Source of the DNA: an uncultured delta proteobacterium
GTDB lineage: Bacteria > Myxococcota_A > Polyangia > Palsa-1104
Direction: 5' to 3'
NCBI GenBank assembly: GCA_963785725.1
Contig: CAWAWS010000006.1
Span: 1-64,000 of the forward strand
Length of the DNA: 64,000 nt
Below the pieces are notes generated by a model that saw nothing but the letters and a program-made list of their open reading frames with translations, did not search any database and was not told the DNA's origin. Position numbers and translations under genes: made by a program. Shown here piece after piece: positions 21,728 to 30,348 of the stretch (position 1 is its first letter; each line of letters opens with the position of its first letter).

Positions 21728-22870
21728 TCAGCGCGCCGCTTCGTCGGTGCGGCGGGCGTGCTCGAGCAGGAGCGCCATGACCGTCGTGTGCAGCTCGTCG
21801 GCGATCGTCACCGCTTGCGTCGCGAATTCGAACTGACCCGTCGGCCAGCCGAGCAGCGCGAACAGCGCCGCGTCATCCGCGCTCGTCACCGCCACGCCGT
21901 CGATCTCGACGCGCAGCGGCTGCCCGCCGCGCAGGTACACGCGCGCCTCGGACGCGCCGACGAGCAAGAGCACGCCCGTCTTTTGCTCCATCGCCAAGAA
22001 CGACAGCAGCGACGGCAGCGACACATGCTCGAGATCGCCGCGCAGGCCCTGCCGCTCGCTCGCCGGCGCCGCGGTCGCGGTCTCCAGCCGTGGCTGCGCG
22101 CGCGCCAGCAGTCGATCGGCGCGCACGAGAAATTCATCCTCGCGCACCGGCTTGGCGATGTAGTCGTCGACGCCGAGCCGATAGCCGCGCAGCCGCGCGT
22201 CGTCGTCGGACAGCGTCGTCAGGAGCACGACCGGCACGTGGATGAGCGACGGTCGCGCCCGCAGCATGCGCACCAGCTGCCAGCCGTCCATGCGCGGCAT
22301 CTGCACGTCGGACACGATGAGATCGGGCGTCTGCTTCAGGCACAGCGCCAGCGCGTCGAGCCCGTCGGCGGCTTCGCGCACCTCGTCGCCGCGCGCGCGC
22401 AGCGCCTGGGCGATGGGCGCGCGAAAGCTGGGATCGTCGTCGACGATGACGACGTCGAGCCGCCGCCTCGCCGGCGCCGCCGGCAGCTGGCCGGCGTGCG
22501 CCGTCAAGAGCTCGGTCAGCTGCGCCAGCCGATCGGCGTCGAGGTCGAGGAACTCGAGGCCCATTCCGGGCGGCTTTTGCTGCGCTTGCGCCTCTTCCGC
22601 CTCGCGCACGAACGCGACCCGACAGGTCAACGGCACGTCGCCGCCGCCGTCGGGCAGCTCCAGGTTCACGCGCACCACGGCGTTGACGGACAAGAAGCGG
22701 CGCGTGCGAATGAAGGTGCCGCCGCGCGACAAATCCTGCGTCAGCGCGTCGACGAGGTCACCGACGGTGCGATAGCGAACGCGAAAGGCGGCCTGAATGC
22801 GCCGCGTGCGTCGCGAGTCGGCTCTGCCGTCGTGCGGGGGATTCCATCCGGCGCCGCCAGCGTAGCACAT
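21728..22870 (-). CDS. PilZ (TIGR02266-like) + receiver + DUF4388 response regulator
   Basis: 'RRTRR...DLSRGGTFI...GMGLEF'; 'VIVDDD...DLIVSDVQMPRMDG...DDYIAKP'; 'LRGDLEHVSLPSLLSFLAMEQKTG...GQFEF...LLLEHARRTDE'. Confidence 0.88.
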   Translation of the reverse strand: MCYAGGAGWNPPHDGRADSRRTRRIQAAFRVRYRTVGDLVDALTQDLSRGGTFIRTRRFLSVNAVVRVNLELPDGGGDVPLTCRVAFVREAEEAQAQQKPPGMGLEFLDLDADRLAQLTELLTAHAGQLPAAPARRRLDVVIVDDDPSFRAPIAQALRARGDEVREAADGLDALALCLKQTPDLIVSDVQMPRMDGWQLVRMLRARPSLIHVPVVLLTTLSDDDARLRGYRLGVDDYIAKPVREDEFLVRADRLLARAQPRLETATAAPASERQGLRGDLEHVSLPSLLSFLAMEQKTGVLLLVGASEARVYLRGGQPLRVEIDGVAVTSADDAALFALLGWPTGQFEFATQAVTIADELHTTVMALLLEHARRTDEAAR

Positions 22871-22956
22871 CCGAATCGGCGGTCACGGCAAACCCCGGCG
22901 CGGCCGTGATTACGGAGCGACCGATTCAATGGTAGAAGCGTCGCGCGAAAGGACCG

Positions 22957-24513
22957 ATGAAACCTCCCGGAAAATTGGCGGCGCTGAGCTCGGCCAAGAG
23001 CCAACGACGCTTCGGCGTGCTCCTCGTCGTCAGCGCCATCTTGCGCGCGCCCAGCTTCTTCCGCCCGCTCATGGACATCGACGAGGGCTGTTACGCCGCC
23101 ATCGCCGCCCGCATGGTCGACGGCGGCTTGCCCTATCGCGACGGCGTCGAGAACAAAGTCCCCGGCGTTTATTACGCCTATTACTGGGTCTTTCGGCTGT
23201 TCGGCCGCTACGACATGCTGGCGCTGCACGTCACCGTCGCGCTCGTCGCGCTCGCCACCGCGCTCGTCTGCGGCCGCCTCGCGCGCCGGCTCTACCGCGG
23301 CCAAGACGCGGCCGCGCGCGACCGCGTCGGCTTCTACGCCGCGCTCCTCTACGTCGTCTATTCCACGTTCTTCTATCCGAAGATGCTGGCGGCGAACACC
23401 GAGATGTTCCTCGTCTTGCCGGCGGCGCTGGCGCTGTGGGCCTATCTCGGCGCGCGTCGTCATCCGGCGCTCTATCTCGCCGCCGGCGCGTGCATGGCCG
23501 TCGCGTTCCTCTTCAAGCAGGTCGCGTTCCTGCTCTTCGCCGGCCTGTGCGCCGACAGCCTCGTCGCCCTCGTGCAGAAGCGGGCGACGATCGGCCGCGC
23601 GCTGGCCACGACGGTGCTGCTCCTCTTCGGCTTCGTCGCCGTCGTCGGTGGCGCCGCGGCCTTTCTGGCGTCGCGCGGCATCCTGCGCGACGCCATCTTC
23701 TGGAGCTTCACCTATATTTTTCGCTACTACTTGCCGGCCGGCTCCAATCAGCACGCCTTCTGGTTCAACTTCCTGACCGCGTTCCTGCCCTTCTTGCTCG
23801 TGGTGTCGCCGCTGATCTTGCCGGCGCTGCCGTCGCTGCTGGCGTGGCGCCGGCTCGACGGCGACGCGACGCCGGTGTGGCTGTGGCTCGCCGCCAGCGC
23901 CGCCTCGTCGCTCATCGGCGGCCGCATGTACGGCCACTACTTCGTGCCCATGATTCCCCCGCTGTGTGTGCTCGCCGGCGCGCACGCGGAGGCCTGGCTT
24001 GCCGGCGCGCAGGCAGTGTGGCGCCGCCGCTTTCTCGTCGGCGCGACGACGTTCATGGCCGTCGGCTTTCTCGCGTGGGCCGCGCTCTACGAGACCACGA
24101 CCGCGTCCTTCTGGTCGCCGAAGCCCGACTATCGTCTCGTCACCGACTACGTCAAGCAGACGACGCAGCCCGACGAGCGGATCTTCGTGTGGGGCTGGTT
24201 TCCCGCGCTCTACGTCGAATCCGATCGCAGCCCGTCGACGCGCTTCGTCACCGCGCACATCCTCGCCGGCGGCGGCGGCCACTCGGGCGGCGGCGCGCGC
24301 GGCCATCGCGTCGAAGAGGGCTGGTCGCTGCTCATGGACGACCTTATGCGCGAGCCGCCGCCCGTCATTCTCGACACGTCGGCGGGCGACTACGGCTTCG
24401 AATACGCCACCCTCGCCAACTATCCGCCGCTCGACGAGTTCGTGCGCGCCCGCTATCGCGAAGACCGCACCATCGCCGGCGTCCGCATCTTCCAGCGCAT
24501 CACGAGCCGATAG
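22957..24513 (+). CDS. ArnT/PMT-like (GT-C) membrane glycosyltransferase
   Basis: 'DIDEGCY...LPYRDGVENKVPG', 'NTEMF', 'LFKQ', 'YGHYF'; many TM helices. Confidence 0.85.
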   Translation: MKPPGKLAALSSAKSQRRFGVLLVVSAILRAPSFFRPLMDIDEGCYAAIAARMVDGGLPYRDGVENKVPGVYYAYYWVFRLFGRYDMLALHVTVALVALATALVCGRLARRLYRGQDAAARDRVGFYAALLYVVYSTFFYPKMLAANTEMFLVLPAALALWAYLGARRHPALYLAAGACMAVAFLFKQVAFLLFAGLCADSLVALVQKRATIGRALATTVLLLFGFVAVVGGAAAFLASRGILRDAIFWSFTYIFRYYLPAGSNQHAFWFNFLTAFLPFLLVVSPLILPALPSLLAWRRLDGDATPVWLWLAASAASSLIGGRMYGHYFVPMIPPLCVLAGAHAEAWLAGAQAVWRRRFLVGATTFMAVGFLAWAALYETTTASFWSPKPDYRLVTDYVKQTTQPDERIFVWGWFPALYVESDRSPSTRFVTAHILAGGGGHSGGGARGHRVEEGWSLLMDDLMREPPPVILDTSAGDYGFEYATLANYPPLDEFVRARYREDRTIAGVRIFQRITSR

Positions 24514-24701
24514 TCGTCACGACAGGGCTGGCGCGGCAGTCGTCACGGCTTTACACACGACACGAAACAGTCCTTAACACGCTACGACATATCAATGTTT
24601 TGACACGAAAAGGCCCGACCAATTTGCCGGTTCGGAACCTATTTGCGCACTGTTGAAAATATGACACGTGTTGGAAATTGCTACAGATTTAACCGCTGAA
24701 T

Positions 24702-24716
24702 GTAAAGTTTAGTAAA
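24702..24716 (+). promoter_or_regulatory. GTAAA-N5-GTAAA direct repeat (CpxR-box-like)
   Basis: GTAAAGTTTAGTAAA in an AT-rich spacer, 43 bp before the PAP2 ATG. Confidence 0.5.
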
Positions 24717-24759
24717 AGAGTGCGTAGTCGGATCCAGATCGCGTACTTTCTCGTCAACC

Positions 24760-25827
24760 ATGCGTGAACGACCACTGGACGAAGCCCTCGATCTAACGCC
24801 TGCCGCTGCGCTGGCGAGCCCGCCCGCGCAGTCGACCTTCAGGCAAGCGCTGGCGTGGCTCGGTCCCGACTTCACGCTCTTCATCATGTTCGCGGCGGTG
24901 TTGACCACGGTCGGTCGCCTCTTCGGCGCCCACTACGAGCTCAAGCTGTCGACGATGCTGCTGCCGGGCATCGTGGCGCCCTGCATCATCTTCGTTCGCT
25001 CGTTCTCGCGCTTGTCCGGCATCATCGAAAACAGGCCGGGCGCGCGCGCGGAGTGGGTGCGCATGTCGATCACGATGCTGCGCTCGTGGGTGCCGCTGGT
25101 GCTCGTCGCCATCGTCTTCGACAACCTCGAGAACTACACCGGCCTCGTGCGCAAGCTCACCATCGACACGTCGCTCTACAACATCGACGTGAAGCTCTTC
25201 GGCGTCGAGCCGACCGTGTGGATTCAGCAGTATTACCGCCCGCTGCTCACCGACTGGATGGCGACCTGCTACGGCAGCTTCCTCATCATCCCGATGATCC
25301 TCGGCATCATCCTCTGCTTGCGCGATCGCTCCGACGATTTCCGCGAGATCGCGCTCGCCGTCATGCTGCAGATGTGGCTCGCGTTCTTCATCTTCATCTG
25401 CTTTCCGGCCGGTCCGCCGCGCTACTACGAGCCGCTGCGCTCGACGGTGTTCGCGCATCCGATTCCGTCGCTGCTCGGCTTCAACAGCGCGCTGCAGGCC
25501 AAATGGGACACCTACAGCCCGCTGCTCGTGCGCGCGTCGTTCCCGTCGCTGCATTGCGCGTATGGCCTCATGACGCTCATCTATTCGTGGCGCTTCGGCG
25601 ATGTCGTGTTCCCGAAGTCGCCCAAGCTGAAGCACCTGTGGTTCGTCATGGTCCTGCCGTTCGAGCTCACGCTCTTCGTCTCGGTCGTCTATCTGCGCCA
25701 CCACTGGATTCCCGACATGGTGTGCGGCCTGGCGGTCGCGCTCATCGTCTCGCGGACGACGCCGTATCTGCGCCGCGTGTGGCCGAAGATCGTGCGCCGC
25801 CGCCCGCAGCTCGTCGCCGTCCAATAA
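24760..25827 (+). CDS. PAP2 superfamily protein (PAP2_3 / AUR1-like)
   Basis: 'ID..LFG..PT', 'FPAGPPRY', 'SFPSLHCA', 'YLRHHWIPD'. Confidence 0.85.
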   Translation: MRERPLDEALDLTPAAALASPPAQSTFRQALAWLGPDFTLFIMFAAVLTTVGRLFGAHYELKLSTMLLPGIVAPCIIFVRSFSRLSGIIENRPGARAEWVRMSITMLRSWVPLVLVAIVFDNLENYTGLVRKLTIDTSLYNIDVKLFGVEPTVWIQQYYRPLLTDWMATCYGSFLIIPMILGIILCLRDRSDDFREIALAVMLQMWLAFFIFICFPAGPPRYYEPLRSTVFAHPIPSLLGFNSALQAKWDTYSPLLVRASFPSLHCAYGLMTLIYSWRFGDVVFPKSPKLKHLWFVMVLPFELTLFVSVVYLRHHWIPDMVCGLAVALIVSRTTPYLRRVWPKIVRRRPQLVAVQ

Positions 25828-25899
25828 TCCATTACGTTCGCTGGCGCAGCAGCCGCTCGTCGCGTTCGCTTGACGACGAGCGGCTATGTAAACGCGTGT

Positions 25900-27732
25900 T
25901 TACTTCGCGGGCGTGCCGAGGACGAGCAGGTGGCCGTTGTTGAGGGCGAAGATGTGGCCCTTGCCGTCGAGCGCGACCGGCGTATAGGCGGCCGCGACGG
26001 CCTGGTCGAGGAAGTAGACCGCCTTCTGCTGGCCGTGCTTGTCGACGATGTAGAGGTTGCCGTCCTCGCTGTTGCCGTAGACGTTGCCGTCCTTGTCGAT
26101 GGCGGGCGCGTTGATGCACCACTCGAAGCCGTTCGGATGATCGCTGACGCAGCTGACTTGGCCGGTGGTGGCGTCGCGCGTGCACGTGTTGGTGTTGGTC
26201 GACTGGAACTTCCACTCGGGCTGTAAGTACTGGTTGAGCGACGTGATGTAGTAGGTGCCGTTGTCGGCGTAGCCGATGCCGTAGTGGTTGTCCTTGGTGA
26301 TGATCGAATACGTGCCGTCGTGGCTGTAGACGGCGGGCGTCACGTCCCAGCCGAAGTCGAAGCTGGTGAGGAACTTGCCGGTCGGCGAGAGCTTGACCAG
26401 GTGGCCGCGCTCCCCGTTGTAGTAGGTGAGGCCGCCGTAGAGGATGTTGCCGTCGGGGAGGACGACCGGCGTGGCCGAGGAGTCGTCGTCGGCGGCGATG
26501 GCGGGCGCTTTGCCGGTCCACGGATCGACGCCGAGCGGCGCGCCGAGGCGGCAGTCGCCGTTGGTGGCGTCGCCGTCGTCGGGCGTCAGCACGCCGCAGC
26601 CGTCGTGGACGAGGTCGCGCAACGAGCTGTTCCACTTGGGCTTCAAATCGTTGGTGACGGCGATGACGTACGAGTAGAACTCGTCGAAGTGCGCGTGGCT
26701 GACGGTGTAGACGGTGCCGTCGGGGCCGATGGCGGGCGCGACGTTGAGGCTCGGGCGCTGCGAGCCGCAATAGTACTGCAGCGGCTGCGGCACGGTGCCG
26801 TCGGCGTTCGGCGGCGGCGGCCACGGCAGCGGGTAGACGCTCGAGTCGAACGTGTAGTCGCACAAGTCGGTGCCGGCGGGCGCGCCCGGGGTCAGCGTCT
26901 TGTAGTCGACCGAGGTGACGTGATCGTCGGGCGTAATCTTGGTCAGCGTGCCGACGGCGTCGTAGCTCCACTCGTTGCCGGTGACCATCGTCAGCTGGTT
27001 GAAGAAGATGTTGCCGTGGCTGTCGGCGACGAGCGGGCCGGCGACGTAGGTGTCGGAGCCGGGGTACGCGATGACGTTGGGCTGCGTCGCGTTGGTCTTC
27101 GTGATCATGGGCGTCGGCGGCGTCGTCGGCGGGACGGCCTTGGCCAGCTGCGCCAACAGCTGACCGCTATGGCGATCGAGCTTGTAGACCGAGCCTTGCG
27201 CGCCCGGCACGTAGATGAACGGGCCGGAGACGACGGCGTGGAAGACCGGCTCGAAGCCGACGGAAGGCTCCGGCTTCCAGTCGCTGGTGAAGGTCCAGTC
27301 CTTCGTCAGCTTGCCGTCGCTGCCGAGCGTGTAGTGGACCTCGTTCCAGATCTGCTGGTCCTGCGAGGCGAGGCCGCAGCCGGCCGGCGTGCCCGAGCCC
27401 GGCGGGTCGCAGGCAATGTAGTTGCCGGTCTTGATCTCCATATAGACGTCGTCGCCGACGACGAGCGGGACTTGGTAGTGCACGATGATGCCGAAGCTGT
27501 CGGCGGCGATGGCGTCGGCGAACGGATCGTACGTGATGTCGTCGAACGTCTTGGTCGGCACGACCGGGCTGCCGCAGCTGTCGCCGGTGTGGGTCGAGTT
27601 TTGTCCCCATTGCGGCCAGCCGCAGGCTGGCTCGCCGCCGGTGCTGCCGTTGCCGCCGCCGTTACCGCCACAACCGATGAAGGCCGTGACCAACCCGATT
27701 ACGCCGAACGCCCGAGCGTAGGAGTGTCTCAT
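25900..27732 (-). CDS. PQQ/BamB-like beta-propeller lipoprotein, paralogue 1
   Basis: Lipobox 'AFIGC', 'WPQWGQN..H.G', 'PAIGPDGTVY', 'PAIDKDGNVY..SEDG.LY'. Confidence 0.8.
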   Translation of the reverse strand: MRHSYARAFGVIGLVTAFIGCGGNGGGNGSTGGEPACGWPQWGQNSTHTGDSCGSPVVPTKTFDDITYDPFADAIAADSFGIIVHYQVPLVVGDDVYMEIKTGNYIACDPPGSGTPAGCGLASQDQQIWNEVHYTLGSDGKLTKDWTFTSDWKPEPSVGFEPVFHAVVSGPFIYVPGAQGSVYKLDRHSGQLLAQLAKAVPPTTPPTPMITKTNATQPNVIAYPGSDTYVAGPLVADSHGNIFFNQLTMVTGNEWSYDAVGTLTKITPDDHVTSVDYKTLTPGAPAGTDLCDYTFDSSVYPLPWPPPPNADGTVPQPLQYYCGSQRPSLNVAPAIGPDGTVYTVSHAHFDEFYSYVIAVTNDLKPKWNSSLRDLVHDGCGVLTPDDGDATNGDCRLGAPLGVDPWTGKAPAIAADDDSSATPVVLPDGNILYGGLTYYNGERGHLVKLSPTGKFLTSFDFGWDVTPAVYSHDGTYSIITKDNHYGIGYADNGTYYITSLNQYLQPEWKFQSTNTNTCTRDATTGQVSCVSDHPNGFEWCINAPAIDKDGNVYGNSEDGNLYIVDKHGQQKAVYFLDQAVAAAYTPVALDGKGHIFALNNGHLLVLGTPAK

Positions 27733-27887
27733 GCTTCGGAGTTAACACGCTCGATTGACGAAACGACGCGGTGTGAGTCACACGAAATGCATTTTCGACA
27801 GCGCAAAATCAGCAGTGGCGACGCTTGAATATTCGTCACCGTCATCCGTAACAGCGACGGGAGATTTGGATCACAACGCGAACGACG

Positions 27888-27969
27888 TTAAGGATTGCCA
27901 AGTGTAAGACCAAGCATTGCTTGGCTGGCGCTTTAAGGATTGCTTGGGGCGACTTTAAGGATTGCTTGG
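27888..27969. repeat. Four direct repeats, core (CTTT)AAGGATTGCTTGG, 22-23 bp period
   Basis: AAGGATT/AAGCATT cores at 27890, 27912, 27935, 27957; copies 3 and 4 share an identical 17-mer. Confidence 0.8.
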
Positions 27970-27987
27970 CTCGAGCCTTAAGAGGCT

Positions 27988-29727
27988 CTAATCGCCGCCG
28001 AGCACCATCAAGTGGCCGCTGTTGAGCGCGAAGATGCGGCCTTTGCCGTCGAGCGCGACCGGCGTGTAGGCGGCGGCGATCGCTTGATTGAGGAAGTACG
28101 ACGTCTTCAAGTTTCCCGCCTTGTCGAGCACGTACATGTTGCCGTCTTCGCTGTTGCCGTAGATGTTGCCGTCGGCGTCGACGGCGGGCGCGTTGATGCA
28201 CCACTCGAAGCCGTTGGGGTGATCGTCGACGCAGCTGAGCGTGCCCGCGGCGTCGCGCGTGCAGTCTTTGGTGTTCGTCGATTGATACGTCCACTCCGAC
28301 TGCAAGAAAGAATTGAGCGAACGAATGTAATAGGTGCCCTGATCGTTGTAATCCTGCCCATAAAGATTGTCTTTGGTGATGATCGAATACGTATTGTCGT
28401 GTACTTGAATCGCCGGCGTCACGTCCCAGCCAAACGGATAATTGGCGAGATATTTGCCATTGGGATCGAGCTTTAAGAGGTGACCGCCGTAGTCGTTATA
28501 AAAGGTCAGGCCGCCGTAAAGGATGTTGCCGTCGGGCAAGACCACCGGCGTCGACGAGGAGCTGTCGTCGACGGCGATGGCCGGCGGCTGGCCGGTCGCG
28601 GGATCGACGCCCATGGGCGCGCCGAGGCTGCAGTGCGTGCCCAGCATTTGGCCGTCGCTCGGTGACAAAACGCCGCAGCCGTCATTGACGAGGTTGCGCA
28701 GCGACGTGGCCCATTTGGGCGTCATTTGCGGCGTCACGGCGATGACGTAGCTGTACTGCGTGTTGAAGTGCGCGTGGCTGGCCGTGTAAATCGTGCCGTC
28801 GGGGCCGATGGCGGGCGCGATGTTGATGCCCGGCCGCTGCGTGCCGCACGCACTTTGCACCGGCTGCGGAATCGAGCCGTCGGCGTTCGCCGGCGGCGGC
28901 CACGGCAGCGGATAGAGCGTGCTGTCGTAGCCGACGGTGCATAAATCGGACGCCAGCGGCGCGTCGGGCACGAGCAAGCGATAGTCGATCGTAAGCGTGG
29001 TGTCATCGGGCCGCAGCTGCACGAGCATGCCCGAGCCGTCCTGGTTCCACGGATCGGCGGCGTTCAAGGTGAGCACGTTGTAGTAGACGTTGCCTTTGGC
29101 GTCGGCGACGACCGGGCCGGCGACGAAGTCGACGTCTCCGGCGCCCGGCGTGGTCGCGGAACAGCGCTGCACCAGCTTGCCGCTCTTGCGATCGACTTTA
29201 TCGACGGCGCCGTTGGCGGCCGGAATGTAAATGAACTTGCCGAAGACGGCGGCGTGGAAGACGGGCTCGAAGATGTTGGGCGACTGCTCGGGCTTCCAGT
29301 CGCTCGCATACGTCCAGTCGCGCGTGAGCTTGCCGTCGTCGCCGATCTTGAAGTGCACTTCGTTCCAGATCTCCTGGTTCCACGAGGCCCAGCCGCAGCC
29401 GGCCGGCATGTCGTTCGTGCCCGGCATACACGCCGTATAGCTGCCCGTCTTCAGCTCGACATAGACGTCATCGCCGACGATGAGCGGGACTTGGTAGTGC
29501 GTCGTCAGCCCGAAGCTGCCCGCCACTTCCGGCTGCACGAACGGATCGTAAGTGAAGTCGTCGAGCGTCTGGGTCGGCAATTGACCGACGACGCAGCTCG
29601 AGTCGTTGTGAATGGCGCTCTGTCCCCACTGCGGCCAATCGCCGCACGTCGATGCCGGCAGCCCGCTCGAGTTACAGCCGAGCGCACTCGCGACGGCACA
29701 GAATGCGAGAGCATGAGAAGATCGCAT
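27988..29727 (-). CDS. PQQ/BamB-like beta-propeller lipoprotein, paralogue 2
   Basis: Lipobox 'ALGC'; long blocks near-identical to 25900-27732 (e.g. 'DHPNGFEWCINAPA', 'AAAYTPVALDGKG'). Confidence 0.8.
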   Translation of the reverse strand: MRSSHALAFCAVASALGCNSSGLPASTCGDWPQWGQSAIHNDSSCVVGQLPTQTLDDFTYDPFVQPEVAGSFGLTTHYQVPLIVGDDVYVELKTGSYTACMPGTNDMPAGCGWASWNQEIWNEVHFKIGDDGKLTRDWTYASDWKPEQSPNIFEPVFHAAVFGKFIYIPAANGAVDKVDRKSGKLVQRCSATTPGAGDVDFVAGPVVADAKGNVYYNVLTLNAADPWNQDGSGMLVQLRPDDTTLTIDYRLLVPDAPLASDLCTVGYDSTLYPLPWPPPANADGSIPQPVQSACGTQRPGINIAPAIGPDGTIYTASHAHFNTQYSYVIAVTPQMTPKWATSLRNLVNDGCGVLSPSDGQMLGTHCSLGAPMGVDPATGQPPAIAVDDSSSSTPVVLPDGNILYGGLTFYNDYGGHLLKLDPNGKYLANYPFGWDVTPAIQVHDNTYSIITKDNLYGQDYNDQGTYYIRSLNSFLQSEWTYQSTNTKDCTRDAAGTLSCVDDHPNGFEWCINAPAVDADGNIYGNSEDGNMYVLDKAGNLKTSYFLNQAIAAAYTPVALDGKGRIFALNSGHLMVLGGD

Positions 29728-29831
29728 CTACATCGTTTAACACGGGCGCCGGCGCATTCGGAATGACCGCCGGCACCTCGGTGGCCGCGGCGCCGACGGT
29801 TGAGGTACGATGTCGCGGAGAGGGTGAGACG

Positions 29832-30263
29832 ATGAATCGGATCTTGGTCGGGCTCGATGGCTCGGAGAGTGAGCGTCACGTGCTGGAGACGGCGGTGTCG
29901 CTGGCGTCGCGGATGGGCGGACGACTGGTGCTGTTCCGCGCGGTGTCGCTGCCGATCGGCTTGCCGGCGCAAGCGCTGGCGCTGTCGCCGGACAACGTCG
30001 GCACTCTATTGGCCGACGGCGCGCTGCAGCACTTGGAGGCGCTGGCCAAGACGCTGCCGGTCGACCTCGTCGAGCGCGTGCAGGTGGAGATGGGTGTCGC
30101 CTGGCGCGCCGTGTGCGACGCGGCCGAAGCCGACAACGCCGACCTCATCATCATCGGCTCGCACGGCTATGGCGGCATCGATCGCCTCATCGGCACGACC
30201 GCCGGCAAGATCGTCAATCACGCCACCTGCTCCGTCTTGGTCGCGCGCAAATCCGCTTCATGA
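29832..30263 (+). CDS. Universal stress protein
   Basis: 'RILVGLDGSE', 'ADLIIIGSHGYGGIDRLIGTTA.KIVNHATCSVLV'. Confidence 0.93.
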   Translation: MNRILVGLDGSESERHVLETAVSLASRMGGRLVLFRAVSLPIGLPAQALALSPDNVGTLLADGALQHLEALAKTLPVDLVERVQVEMGVAWRAVCDAAEADNADLIIIGSHGYGGIDRLIGTTAGKIVNHATCSVLVARKSAS

Positions 30264-30348
30264 AACTCCCGTAACAGAATCGATAACTATTAACGGGATT
30301 GTTAACCAACGCGATGGCTTGGTCGCGCGCGCGGCTCCGTCCGCGCGG

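Noticed and set aside
25888..25903. GTAAAC-GCGT-GTTTAC as a fourth CpxR-like box
   Set aside because: It is an inverted, not direct, repeat and lies between convergent 3' ends.
27888..27969. CRISPR array
   Set aside because: Repeats are about 17 bp and linkers only about 5-9 bp; no cas genes in the window.
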